Below the pieces are notes generated by a model that worked only from the letters and a program-made list of their open reading frames with translations, searched no databases and was not told where the DNA came from. The position numbers were made by a program, and so were the translations under genes. Source: Elsinoe ampelina (lineage: Eukaryota). From it: 64,000 bases of DNA. The stretch spans positions 566,745 to 630,744 of the forward strand of contig ML992511.1 of NCBI GenBank assembly GCA_010093995.1, in the 5' to 3' direction. This document shows, one piece after another, positions 38,591 to 51,174 of this stretch; positions within the stretch are counted from its first letter, which is position 1; every line of letters begins with the position of its first letter.

Positions 38591-39861
38591 ATGAAGGTCG
38601 CAGCCGACATGGCAGCTGCTCAGTTCGAGATGGAAGAGGATGGGTGGGCGTGGTTTGGTGTCGTCACTGTCATTTGCATTATGCGGTTTGCGAGTAGGAT
38701 CTTGCAGCAAGGAGGGGTGAAGAATCTCCAGGTCAGTCGGGTTTCTCATACGGCTATAGAAGTGTCGCTGACGAGTGTTAGTTGGATGACTGGCTCATGT
38801 GGATCGCATACGGCTTCTATACGGCTTCGATCGTCGCTTTGACGACTGTCGCGGGCACGCATAGTAACCTCTTCCATCCCGGAACGGACATTAGCCATTT
38901 GACTGCAGAGGACATCGCGGACAGGATTCACGGCAGCAAATACAGAGTCGTCGCAGAGCAGATGCAGATTGGATGTATCTGGACTGTCAAGGCGTGCGTG
39001 CTGATCATGTATGATCGCATCACGAAGGGGCGGACGGAGCAGAAGTTCGTAAGGGCGTTGGCCGCTTACACCGTGCTTGGATGGGCGGTGATGGAGGCGC
39101 TGTACTTTGGAGTCTGGTGTAGGCCGTTTAGTCAATACTGGTATGTTTGCGTACACTAATCACGAGATAGAGACGTTCATGATACTGACTGTCCCAGGGC
39201 CGTACCCACCCCAAACCACCAGTGCTCTGCCGCCACCAACCACCTCATCACCTACACCGTCTTCAACCTCTCCACAGACGTAGCCTGTCTCGCCATCGTC
39301 CTCCCCATGTTCGTCCGCACGCAAATGAAACCCCGGAAGAAAATCGCCATCTGCGCCATCTTCTCCGTCGGCGCGTTCAGCATGCTCGCCGCCATTTTGA
39401 ACAAGTACTACAGCTTCACGAACCCTTTCGGTGTACGTTGGACGGAGTGGTACTGCCATGAGAGCAGCACGAATATGCTCGTGGCCAATTTGCCGTTTGT
39501 GTATACGTTGCTGAGGAGGGTGTTCAATCTTAAGAGTCTGGATAGCACGACGGGGAAGTATGGGACGGGAAGCAAGATTAGGAGTTGGTGGACGGGGGCG
39601 AGGAGTCAGATCATGTCGGGAGGGAAGGGGACAGAGGCGGCGACGGCGGTTGGAGGGACGATGGTGGGAAGTACGGTGCTGGACAAGAGTAGGGATTTAG
39701 AGAAGGGCAGGAACATGGCAGGTATTAGGGAGAGGGATGAGGATGGTATAAGCTTGGAGGGACAGGAGGGAGAGTTTGGGATGAGCTATGTTGAGAAGGG
39801 AGTGATGAAGACGACGGTAGTGACGATGAGTGATGAGAGGAGTAGTGGGGAGAGCAAGTGA
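38591..39861 (+). CDS. PTH11-like (fungal rhodopsin-domain) integral membrane protein without CFEM, 3 exons
   Basis: It has LQ|LDDWLM, IWTVKACVLIMY, WCRPFSQYW, FNLSTD and ESSTNMLVANLP motifs. Introns are at ~38732-38780 and ~39141-39198. Confidence 0.85.
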
Positions 39862-41972
39862 GGTTGAACAGAAGATGAAGAGAGGAAGGTAGAAAAGCGC
39901 ATGTGTGATACCCAGATTTGTACTTTTTACTGTATACTACACCATTGCTGTAATCTTGCAACTTCACCAAAACGATCATCGACTTGTTCCCGGGGCATCA
40001 AGGACACCCCTTCATGCTCTTCAGATCTTTATGATCGCACACCCAGCCACCCAGAATACAAGTCCCGGCGATGCGGTCCCTACACGACGGCAGCCAGTAT
40101 GCGTTGTCAGCATCTGTACCTGGTCTCGAAAGGCAAGGGATCGCCACGCCATCAACGACCTCACAGTACCCACATGGATCAACCCCAACCATGCGCAGCG
40201 CCGAACAGGCCCGGGAGAACGTCGATCAACGATTTGTGTCGCCAACTGCCCGCACTGTGAATCCTCGTCCTCAACAAGTGGGTCCCTGGGGATATACAAC
40301 CGTTGCGCTGTCAAAAATTTCTTTCAGGAAAGCCCCTCACCACCACTGTCGATTTTTTCTTTTGTCAATTCCATGATTCGTCCGTTGCCACGTAAGTTAG
40401 TGATGGGGACTCAACTCCACCATCAACGGGTTTATGGGATCGGAGTTGGAGACTCTGTTTTTTTCGCGCAATCCGAGGACGTGGCATTGAGAGTCGAGAC
40501 ACAGGGACACGTCTTCGACACCCTCTTCACCCGATCATCCTGGTCAGAAAGTGGGTAATTTCAAGCCGAGACCCTCTGAGGAGGAGTTGGCGTGAAGACT
40601 TTTTTTCAAGCGTCTCGGACGCGATTCCGTCACCGTATGGACGCGCAAAATTCACGACAGAGGGCATACTGAAGTCGACGAGACAGCTTTGCGAACGTCT
40701 CATATGCACACAGACATGTTGGAGATGACCTTAGATTGCCGTGTTCGACCGTGCGCGAGGGCAGACATGATGACGGGAGTGAGCACAGCACTGAGCACGC
40801 ACGAAAATGATGTCTCTCTTGGCTCCGTAGCGGCGCAACCTCGAGTGCTTGATTGACTCCAGCCGCGTCTCAGCAGGGATCCATCGGCGAATCATCTTCT
40901 CTGTGTCCCTGATCCTGCTTTCACTGGCATGACGAAGAGCTGCAGGAACCTGATGCCGTGTGGTGGTTGCTGGTCCAGCGTCGGGATCCCTGTCTCTGTC
41001 TGACTGAAGGACGGCTTTTGCTTTTCGCTTGTTCCTGATGCACCCGCTTGCGATTCCCCACAGGCTGGAATTACTTTTCGTGTCAATTCGCGTCGCGGCT
41101 GGCCGTTGACTGCTCCCGACTTCACCTCTCGACGCGCTCACCTCTTGCTCAACCGCAACATGTCACAGTTTCGAGTCGATGGAGGCACTACAATTCATCT
41201 GCAACTGTCGAGCAGCATCCGTCGTGCTTGTGAAACATCAAACTTGGGCGGTAAACATGCTTCTCCTCAAGCAGCGTGGACAGAGTTCTCGGCCTGGTCT
41301 GGGTCTGCAGGCTCGCTAGTCCACTTTTGGTCAGGGGAAATTAAGACTCTGCAGCACCAGCGTATGATGCTCACCCATTCACGCTTGCGGCCCCCCGCCG
41401 TCTCTCGATGGTCGCGGCAATGGCGTCGGGTGTACCTGAGCTACGACCTCGATTCGACCAATCTTTGCTCGAGAGATGCTCTGTTCCTGGTCGATCTTGG
41501 ACGACGACGCAATGCTCATTTCTTCCAGCCGGCACGAGAGAGACCGCGCTTGCAGCTGTCTTTTTGCCTGTCTCTCCGTTGAGCCACTGTGCATCCGCCG
41601 ACCGTGCGGCGAAATGAGAGTTTGGTCTGCCTCCACCAACAACTCCCCTTTAAGGTCCTAGTCGACCGTTTTCCCTTCGCGCTGCCTTCTTCCCTTTATC
41701 GACAATCTCTCGCACGCACTCACCGCGATCAATTTTTTCGTCCCTACGAAACATTACCCACCGTGCGGTTTCACTCCTTCAATCGCACAGGAAGGTACAG
41801 TCACTCTTTCACAACGCACAAAAACGAACACCACAGTCGCTCTACGAAACATTTCCAAACAAGCCAACTTCACACGCATAACAAGTCTGCTCCCCTGACT
41901 TGACAAACGCGCCGGATCGCAAACCTTTTCGAACCTGTCGCGCACGATACCCATAACATCACGAATATCACG

Positions 41973-42812
41973 ATGAAGTCCATCGCGATGGTTGCCGCTA
42001 TTGCGGTCTCTTCCACCGCCGCTCTCAAGACTTCTTCCTCTGGAGGCATGCAGGTAGTCAACAAGTGCAACTACGAAATCCCCCTCAAGGCCGTCCCAGC
42101 AATGGGTGTTGGCATCGAGAACCCCGAGATCTCCTCCACGACTCTTTCAGCCAACGGGGGCACATGGTCCACACCATGGATCCAGCTTCTCGTCTCCGGC
42201 GGCTGGTCCATCAAGCTCAACACCATCGGCAGCTGGACCAACATCATGCAAGCCGAATACACCTGGGCCACCGACGGCGTCGGCCCAATCTGGTACGACA
42301 ACTCGTTCGTCGACGGCGTCGAGTCCGAACACCCCAAGTGGGAGTTCCTCTGCCCCTTGTGCCCCGAGAAGCCCCACGCCGGCGCCTACCAACACAGCAC
42401 CGACGACGCCAACGGCATGCAAAAACCCTGCGGCACCGACGCGACCGTCACCCTCGTGCTCTGCCCCGAGAACGGCTCCAGCGGCGGCTCCAGCCCAGCG
42501 CCGTCTTCCTCAGCCGCCCCATCATCAAGCTCCACCACCCCTGCTCCCCCACCACCAACGACCACCCCATCCACCACCGCAGCCGCCCCGTCCACCACCT
42601 TCGCGACGTCCACCTCCTCCTCCTCCCTCCCCATCAAGCAGGCCAACGTCCCCGACGCACCGGCGCCAGACGACGAGCCCGAAGCGCCAGGCAGCCCTGT
42701 CATCGTGACGGCGTACGAGACCAAGATCGTCACGTCGGTCGTGTACGAGACCGAGGTCGCGGGGTCGAAGAAGAAGAGGCACGCGCATAGACACCCGCAC
42801 GGACACGCATAG
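41973..42812 (+). CDS. Secreted BYS1/thaumatin-like protein with Ser/Thr/Pro-rich tail
   Basis: It has a signal peptide and a VVNKC...GGWSIKL...MQAEYT...IWYDNS pattern like BYS1-family proteins. A low-complexity linker and a His-rich C-terminus follow. Confidence 0.75.
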   Translation: MKSIAMVAAIAVSSTAALKTSSSGGMQVVNKCNYEIPLKAVPAMGVGIENPEISSTTLSANGGTWSTPWIQLLVSGGWSIKLNTIGSWTNIMQAEYTWATDGVGPIWYDNSFVDGVESEHPKWEFLCPLCPEKPHAGAYQHSTDDANGMQKPCGTDATVTLVLCPENGSSGGSSPAPSSSAAPSSSSTTPAPPPPTTTPSTTAAAPSTTFATSTSSSSLPIKQANVPDAPAPDDEPEAPGSPVIVTAYETKIVTSVVYETEVAGSKKKRHAHRHPHGHA

Positions 42813-45800
42813 AGTCTTTTTTTTTCTCCCTTCCTTTCCGGGGTCCGGGGGTGAAGAAGCACGAATGTTCCGCAGCGTGGGTTGTTTTCCCGTTTTTGTA
42901 TTGGCTCCAGTGTCGATAAATTCATCTGTTCTTACTTGTTCGATTGTCTCTGCCTGACCGGGCTGGGTCGAGTGTCTTCCCCTCTTTCGCGGGAGGGGGA
43001 CGCGATATGTTCTTGTCGATGATTAAGCTCGTTGACCGTCGGGTCTCTGGGTCGCTTCAGTGGGCCGGGGGAGTCGGGGGTCGGGGCTGTGAGAGGAGGC
43101 ATCGTGTGGATGCGAAGGCATACTGGTTATGATGGTGTTGGATTGGGCTCATTGCCTGGGGAATCGTTTTGGGTTGGAATTTGGGATGGATACATATGAT
43201 TTGATATCATGAGGGGAATGAATTTTTTGAAAGTTACTCTCGTTTAGTTTCATCTGCGACCTTCTCATGTGCTGTCGTCGCGGTTCGAGGGTACTGTCTG
43301 GCGGGTGGGGTCGTGATGTCCTTGAAGGTTGATGTCGCCGTTGGTATCCCGTTGCCGTTGTGGCTGTCGGCCATATCGATATCGGGATGTCGTTTCGCCT
43401 CGTGGTGGTGTGTATCGATAGAGCTGTGGCCATGTCGTACTCGTTGCTATCACTATCGCCGCCGTTGTGGCTGATGTTGATATCCGCCTCATCATATTTG
43501 TAGCGTCAATCGATATTTTCTCGACACCAACCGCCTTGTTTCTGCTCGAGCTATCTGAGCTGCTAGTGATCAATACTGGCATCCCTGTCCTTTTTCACAC
43601 TGCATTAAGCACTTCCAGCATTGCTCGATTCCTGCCTTGCAATCACCATCTTACTAGGTTATGCAACCATCGTCATTGTCGAGAAAGGACTAGCACCAAG
43701 TGTGCTAAACCAGACACTTGCACGTAGTCACTAACCATGGCAAAGCCACGACTGATTCGGCATGCCACTGACCAGAGCATTCCCCATCGATCACGTCTCA
43801 CGAGAACAACGCCTATCGCACCCAGCAGTGCCCAAGGTCTGCAACAAGCACGTCCTGTCCGTCACGACCATGACAGGCATCCTGACACACGACGCGAACG
43901 AGACCCTGCACGCTGTCATGTTTGGTAACGCGGGCTGCGGTCCATTGCTGGAGTCGCAGGGGTAAGATCACGCTGCGGAAGGATTGGTGATCATTTGCTT
44001 GTGCAGCTGCGGAGTCTTATACAGTGCACAGCCACTGCCATGGACTGGGAGTGAGGATTTGATGACGGCGTCTTGGTCGACAGGCTCTAGGTTGAGTCTT
44101 GTGTGCGCATTTGCAAGGGTTTTTCTAGTAGGATCAGATCAATTCACGGGAATAGCAACGGGGGGTAAGTGTTTGAGAAGAGAAAGTCTGCTGCGTACCC
44201 TTACCTTGTTCTTGACCTACACTCAAAATAGCACGATGACCTCCGTGGCAACGTCAGGACAAATACAGGCCGCGGGACTCCCTACGAACTCAGTCCAGCT
44301 ATAGTAGGATAGACTCTCTGCCCTGACGGGAATGCTTCGCTTAAAATAGCGTGACTGTCCTTGTGTTGACAAGGAAATAGACGGGTCACGAGACATTTCC
44401 GTGCAAACTCAGTCCAGCAGCCAGCTATACAGTAGCGAGATAGATTTCTAGCCCTGACACGAATGCTTGGTATCAAACAAGCTCATGGCAGGGCTGTCTT
44501 CACCACGAGGGCAGAGGCAGGGCTAGATGTGATCTGCGGTAGGAAGGTAGCCAAGTTCTTCCTGTTTGGCAGACAGGAATAGCTTAACTTGAACCTGTTG
44601 TGCGAGAATTGATGCTTGTGCCGGTCGCATACCATGTATTTCTGCTTGCATGTTTCACATTCGAAATGCAATCACCTGACCACCTCCGTTGACGTTGATG
44701 TGTCGGCAATAAACCACGAGCCATGCAGGTCCGGGAAGTGCATGTTCGCCGAATCGTAGATGCGCATGACAGGACGATCAAATCGTGGACTCGTGGTGTG
44801 GGTTGGAGGTGCAATGGTGCATCCACACACGTCAGTCAGGTGTTCGATCGAGATGGGCAATGGTGGCGTCTGCTGTGGACGGCAAGGATCAGGATGTCAT
44901 GGTTGTCGCTTCGATAGTCTTGTTCTCGGCGAGCAGGCTGGATTTCCTGGATCTGGTCTCTGCGGCTCGGTCTGACACTGGCGAGCCAGGCGAGGGCTGG
45001 ACGAGCGGGGTCTGGTAGCCTGCGTGGATCACCGAACCGTAGTCGCGGATCAGAGGAAAAGGGATGAAGAACAGAAGCAATGTAGATTGTCAAATGTGTT
45101 GTAAGAGAAAGTGCCTGCTGGATGACGGCATGATGAAGAGGAGGTTGGTTAGTGTGTTACAGACTATGCAGGAGTAGTGCACCGTGGAGGAGGGGCGGAT
45201 ATGAATTTTGGCCTAGATCTTAAGATGCATGTTGTCACCATCGAAAGAGACAAGAGTCTTTGATGCGATTGCTTGTGACTGATCTGATCGTCTTGATTAG
45301 ATGCTGAAACACATGGCGTGAACTGTGACCTTCTTCCGCCTGGACTCGTCGCTCAGCTCGCTGATAGGAATGTGCCGACCATCCATGGCTTCTACGCGAA
45401 GATTTCCCACGCCATGCGGAAGATTGTCGATCATTATTGAGAGTCAATTGATCCTGTATCGCAAGCGAGACAGTATGCTTTTGCTCAGAGTCGCCTTGGA
45501 CTACTCGACCGTTGCGTGTCTCAGTCTCGAGCGAACTCTGCGAAATGCATGTCTTTAAACGGTCATGAGGTGAAGATGCCATCAATCGCGTGTGCAGCTT
45601 CATGTACTGTAAATCGCTGAGCTGTCAAGTGTATTCTTAGATTATCTTAGGGTTCTATGTGGCATGGATCCTTTGAGTCGGATGAAGTGGGACATCATTA
45701 ACATGAGAAATACTCCAGAAAAAAGAGAATATCCAGCCAATTGCAAATGCTTCCCAGGCCAGACATTTGCCGGACCACCACGTGTGAGGAAGGAGCCAAG

Positions 45801-46616
45801 TGTTCGGTGCAGAAAAGCGAGTCAAGGAGAAGCCAACACTAAACCTCATCCATCTCAATGGCACTGTGTCACCATAGGCGAGTCCGAAATGTGGCAGAGA
45901 TAGCAAGTGCCACATGAATCGAAGTCGCTCTTGCTGGCCAAAGCAAGCAAAGCAAACAAGTGGCCACCCACACTACAGTACTGTAGTACGCCCCCTGAGC
46001 ATGTGAAGGTCGCGCCCTGGGCTCTCATCAGTCGTCCGACGGGACGGGTGAATCAATATTGAGCTTGTCGTCGAGCATTTCGCACAAACTTGCCCGAGCT
46101 TTACGAGACTCAGGGCCAGTCGCGTGAAGGTCGACGGTCGACCCGGGGAAGGCACATGAAACACACGCTACCGTCCGCACCTTGATACTGATCGACACCC
46201 GCGAACAGGAAGGGAACACCCAACCGGGGAGCTCGTCCCAAAGCTCCCGTCTCGTAGACTGGTACAAAACACTCCCGGCCGAGGTACCATGTTCCACCGC
46301 ATGGTCCTGCTTGAGGGCCGGTCCCTCTAGTCGCCAATCGCCCCAGGAAGCCACACCACCATGCCACATACATGAAGGCCCCGGGCACCCACCTACTTGG
46401 CCAACAGGGAAAAACAAAGGGCCCGCAGAAATCTTCCATCGACTCTCGCCATACGGAATCAACGATGCACCGATAGCCTTGTTGTACGACAGCAAAAAAG
46501 TCCATCAGGCTGGCCGTCTGTACCTCGACTAATCGCCACTAGCCTTGTTGGCTCCTGCCGCGAGCAATTAGACGACCTCCATAGCTGGGCCTGATAGTTT
46601 CAGGGATTATTTCTTC

Positions 46617-48473
46617 ATGTTCTTCGACGTTACCATGGCGAACTTGCACGTAGCCGACTTGGATAAGAAGAGGCAGAGTCGAAATGTGAAGAAGATCAGG
46701 ACCCACTCTCCGGCCTCGTCCACGGGTACCTTTTTCGACGACGATCAGAGCGTTCGTGATGATCTGCCGCATGTCGATCAGACTACTTACTTGGTACAGG
46801 GAGAGACACAGTCCTTGAATACTTCTTGGAGTGGCTCAACCAGAGCAGACTCTGCCATGTCGTCTCGTAGTGCTGAGAGAAAGGCCAGCGAGACCAGTCA
46901 GAGGCAGCAAACATATGAGGTGAAGCCTACTGTGACGTCGCCGGCGCTGCGGTCAGAAGAGTGGTCGAAGGGTCAACGAGCTTCGACCCGCCTAGACATG
47001 TGGCCGCCAGCTCTCAAAATTATCAAGTCGCCCACCTTTGAAGATCCCAGACCATCACCGCACCCGTCCGGCATGCTTCCCAACACGGTCTATGAGGCGC
47101 CGAACCAGACTACGAGGTCGCCTAACAAGTACTCGCCGTCAGCATACAGTCCCTCCGAGTCTGTCATGGGTCGACCACGGCCTAGGATGCATCGCCGACT
47201 TGAGTCTTCTGTACAAGATGACTCGAGCTCGTCGTCATCCAGGAACTCCGATCAGAGTATCTACTCCGCGCTTCCAGATAGTGCTGTGAGTATGGGAGAT
47301 GCTTGGACATCGCAGTCAACAGCCGCGCGCACAAGGACTCCAGGCAGCCTCAACTCATTGGCGGCTATGGGCTCAGCTCCGAGGGAAGTAACGCAAGCCC
47401 ATATAAGGTCCCGATTTACACCAAAATCCCCGTACATGCAAACAGGCGGGAGTACAGACTGGACAGCAGTTGCTCCATCACCGAGACATCGACCTGAGCC
47501 TCTTGCGAAGATGCCGACACCTCCTTTGAGCCCGTCTGATTCTATCACCGATATGTACGGACTCGAGACAGAGTCTGCAGACATCGTCATCGGCCGGCGG
47601 GTTACGGTCAAGGGTCGAGATCGATCGTCGAGCGTTCCGGAATCTGCTATGAGCCCGACGAGCCCTGTATTCAAAAACATGGCGTTCCCGTCGCCGCCAG
47701 CGAATTCCTCAAGAAACACAGCAATCCACTGTCCAACGTCTTCGAGAGACGAAGACCTCATTTCGCCATGTACGGTATTGCAGAAGGAGTTGCCGCCACA
47801 CCCATTCAACAAACGGCGATCATTGTCGGCGGACGAAGCAGGCAAGCGGGCGAAGGTGATCCAGAAGATAGAGACGGAGACAGCAAACCCGTATCGAGTG
47901 ATGCACTCGGCGAACAGCTCGCTCAACACCCCGAGTCTAGTCCGACCTGATCGAATCACGGTTCTGACTGAGACGCTCCGCGAGATGAACACGAGATCGG
48001 CCGCACACTACGAGCGGTATACAAGACTACGGCAAGGACGACAATGCCTGCATAGCGACATCCTTACCGCTCTGCAAGGGAATGCGCCTCGATCAAAGAA
48101 TGCAAAAACGCCACTCCAGCTACAGATCGAGATTGCAACAATAGACGCAGGCATCGACGATTGCATGTCTAAGCTCTCAACGCTGGAGAAGAAGCGACAA
48201 AAATTGATGGAGGAATTATTGTCCCTCACCATGATGCGATCGCCCAGCATGCACAGCAGGAACGAATCCATCGGAATCCAAGAGATCATCCGAACGCCAG
48301 GATCTCCACCTATTGGCGGGATGGCGGCAATGATGTCGAATTTCACCTTTGAGGACAAGTACAGTCAAAAGACGCTGCCCAAGATTCCGCGCAAGGAGGT
48401 ATTGAGTCAGGCCAGCTTGAGTCTGACTAACATCATGGATTTTCTGGACACAGATGACCAGGACGGATACTAG
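46617..48473 (+). CDS. Hypothetical Ser/Pro-rich protein with C-terminal coiled coil
   Basis: This is a 618-aa uninterrupted ORF. It is largely disordered, with a heptad-like region (LTETLREM...IDDCMSKLSTLEKKRQKLMEEL). No family was recognised. Confidence 0.7.
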   Translation: MFFDVTMANLHVADLDKKRQSRNVKKIRTHSPASSTGTFFDDDQSVRDDLPHVDQTTYLVQGETQSLNTSWSGSTRADSAMSSRSAERKASETSQRQQTYEVKPTVTSPALRSEEWSKGQRASTRLDMWPPALKIIKSPTFEDPRPSPHPSGMLPNTVYEAPNQTTRSPNKYSPSAYSPSESVMGRPRPRMHRRLESSVQDDSSSSSSRNSDQSIYSALPDSAVSMGDAWTSQSTAARTRTPGSLNSLAAMGSAPREVTQAHIRSRFTPKSPYMQTGGSTDWTAVAPSPRHRPEPLAKMPTPPLSPSDSITDMYGLETESADIVIGRRVTVKGRDRSSSVPESAMSPTSPVFKNMAFPSPPANSSRNTAIHCPTSSRDEDLISPCTVLQKELPPHPFNKRRSLSADEAGKRAKVIQKIETETANPYRVMHSANSSLNTPSLVRPDRITVLTETLREMNTRSAAHYERYTRLRQGRQCLHSDILTALQGNAPRSKNAKTPLQLQIEIATIDAGIDDCMSKLSTLEKKRQKLMEELLSLTMMRSPSMHSRNESIGIQEIIRTPGSPPIGGMAAMMSNFTFEDKYSQKTLPKIPRKEVLSQASLSLTNIMDFLDTDDQDGY

Positions 48474-49458
48474 AGACGGGTTATTGAATGATCATAGATG
48501 ATGAAACGGCCATAGTGCGCTATAAATGTAATGTCAAACTTGACTTCTCTGTGTGTTTCGTATCTGTGAGATCAGCCTACCACGTGCGTGCAATTGACCT
48601 CGTCATCATAGGCTGTTGCCAACAAGCTTCATGTCAACAGTATAACCGTGCTGGGCGGCTTATGTCAGATGCGTTCCCTGGTGACCACGAGACACGCTCA
48701 AAGGTCGAGAATCGAATCCATCGAATCGAGGATGTGGGCATGCGAAGGTACTTTGTAAAATGCAGTTCTGTCCCCTTCGATCTAATATGCACATTGACCT
48801 CAAGCGTCGGTCAAGACCCGAGGCCGAAGTGGCGATGGCGGTCAGAGGAAAGACCGACTCTGCGACGTGGCACAGGAATATCAATCTCTCAACAACAACA
48901 TCATCATCGGCCCTTCGCTCTTCATTCGGTCCACACGGCTCGTTCCTACCGCCCGCATGATCTTATTCCACTCATGCATATCATCGTATTGGCTGTTTTC
49001 GTGCATAAGCACATGTCGGCACCTGCTCGGCCCAGAACGTGTTGAGATCTTCGTCCCTACCCCGCTGGATAAAAACCTACATTGCCATGCATCGCCGGGC
49101 CCTTGTTCATCAACCTTGGTCATCTGAGGGCACGTACTGGGCACAACGGACAAGACTTGACGCCGACATGATAGTCATCAGTCGTGGTTGTCCAATTCAG
49201 GGCTGCCATTGTGCAAGTCGGATGACAGGCTGCGATGACACGAGCCAGAAGGCTATCCTTGACACGCCAAAGAGCCGACGTAACCGTTTGTGGATCCGCA
49301 AGATGACAGTAGGTGAGAACAACAGGTGGGATCGTCTGGGTCCGAGCTATTTGCGACTCTTCGACTAGGTAAGATAATCCGAGCTGGTAGTATCTTACTT
49401 ATGTCTCCGCTCGTTTCACGGTCATTGTCCTCCTCATCTGCAACTCAGTGTGAACAAC

Positions 49459-51090
49459 ATGGAGTCAGTAAACTTCACTGGCAATCAACCACTGAGCATT
49501 GCCATTGGCATTGCTGGCGTGGTCTGTACCTCCAGCTTCTGTCAAAGAGCACTATTGACGAGAGCAGATCATTGCCGCCAAGACGTTCGACATACTATAC
49601 GCACTGTTCTTTCACCCACTCAAAGACATTCCTGGCCCATGGTACTCGAGAGCTTCTAGACTACCATACGCTCGCCATCTACTGAAAGGTTCATCTGTCA
49701 CGTGGCTGCACAACCTTCACAACAAGTATGGCCCTGTCGTCATGTACTCACCCAACGAAGTCTCCGTCATTGACGGCGAAACCGCCTGGCAGGAGATCTA
49801 CGGCTTCAGGACTGGCAAGCAGAAAGGGACTTCAACCTTTTTGAAGGATCGAGTCTGGTATGCTCCACCTATCATACCAGACTCACCATCCCTCATCACT
49901 ACCGATGATGCCGCACACAGTCGTCAACGCCGAATCCTTTCACATGCCTTTAGTGAAAAGTCTTTGCGAAATCAGGAATGGCTCATCCAGCAGTACGCAG
50001 ATTTGCTCGTCTCCCGCCTCAAAGATACTACAATGGCAGCCAACAAGCCCGCAAACATGACCGAATGGTACAATTGGATCACCTTTGACATCATCTCAGA
50101 CTTGATGTTCGGCAAACCTTTTGGCTGTCTGGCTGAGACGCATACGCACAAGTACGTGGCGTTACTTCTCAATGCTGTCAAAGCCTTCTCTCTCTTCTAC
50201 ATAATGAATCACTGGCCTCTTCTCAAAAGCCTTCAGAAATATGTCATGAAGCCGGCGCTCCTCAAGGCACGACTCGAATGGATCGACTTTGTCAAGACAT
50301 TCACCATCGCTCGCATGGAATCCGATACCGAACGTCACGACTTCATGACTGATATTCTGGCAAAGCAGCACGACGAGCAGGACAAGGGCAACCAAGGCAT
50401 CAGCACAAACGAGATCATCAGCAATGCCAATTTGCTGACCGTCGCCGGCACCGAGACAACTGCCACTGTGCTAACCTGCACCACCTTCCTGATGCTCAAG
50501 CATGGCGAAGCATACCAGAAGGTCCGTGACGAAGTCCGCAGCAAGTTCACTTCTCAGGAAGACATCACTATCGAAGCCGCCAACCAGCTTCCATACACTA
50601 TCGCCGTCCTTAACGAGGGCATGCGCATGGTACCTCCCGTCCCAGCCGGATTCGTACGGAAAGTACCCAAGGAAGGTGCCTTCGTATCCGGATACTGGCT
50701 CGACGGGAATTGCAATGTAAGGCCCTCACCAGACCTGACCAACTTGATCCATGCTGACCAGCACAGGCGTCCGTCTCCGTCTCCCAATACCCAGCCAACC
50801 ACTCGACCTCCAACTTCCGAGACGCAGACCAATTCGTGCCAGAGAGATGGCTCGGTGATGCCAAGTATGCCGATGACAAGCGGGGTGCCTTTTCGCCGTT
50901 CAGCTTTGGTCCGAGAAACTGCTTGGGGAAGAATCTGGCTTATGCTGAGATGAGGGTGATATTGGCCAAGATGGTCTTCAATTTTGATATGGTGTTGGAG
51001 GAGGAGAGTAAGAATTGGCTTGATGGCATGGAGGTCAGGACATTGTGGGTCAAGGCGCCGTTGAAGGTTGGGTTGACAGCTGTGCGCTGA
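49459..51090 (+). CDS. Cytochrome P450 (secondary-metabolism type, CYP65-like), 3 exons
   Basis: It has [10 protein letters not shown], the I-helix [12 protein letters not shown] (ExxR), FVPERW and the heme motif [10 protein letters not shown]. Introns are at ~49522-49567 and ~50717-50766. Confidence 0.93.
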
Positions 51091-51174
51091 TGATGGGTAT
51101 GAATGGGCTATGTAGGGCATGGGTGGCGTTGGATTGCAGGAATTCATGGATCGTTATGTTGGTCCACCAGTGAA

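Noticed and set aside
39905..40558. 217-aa ORF downstream of the PTH11-like gene
   Set aside because: It has a non-ATG start, no motifs and no coding-like codon bias. It is probably the long upstream region of the BYS1-like gene.
44483..45093. Minus-strand ORF fragments including CETCKQKYMVCDRHK (zinc-finger-like)
   Set aside because: I could not join the fragments with credible splice sites or a start. It may be a degraded gene but is unsupported.
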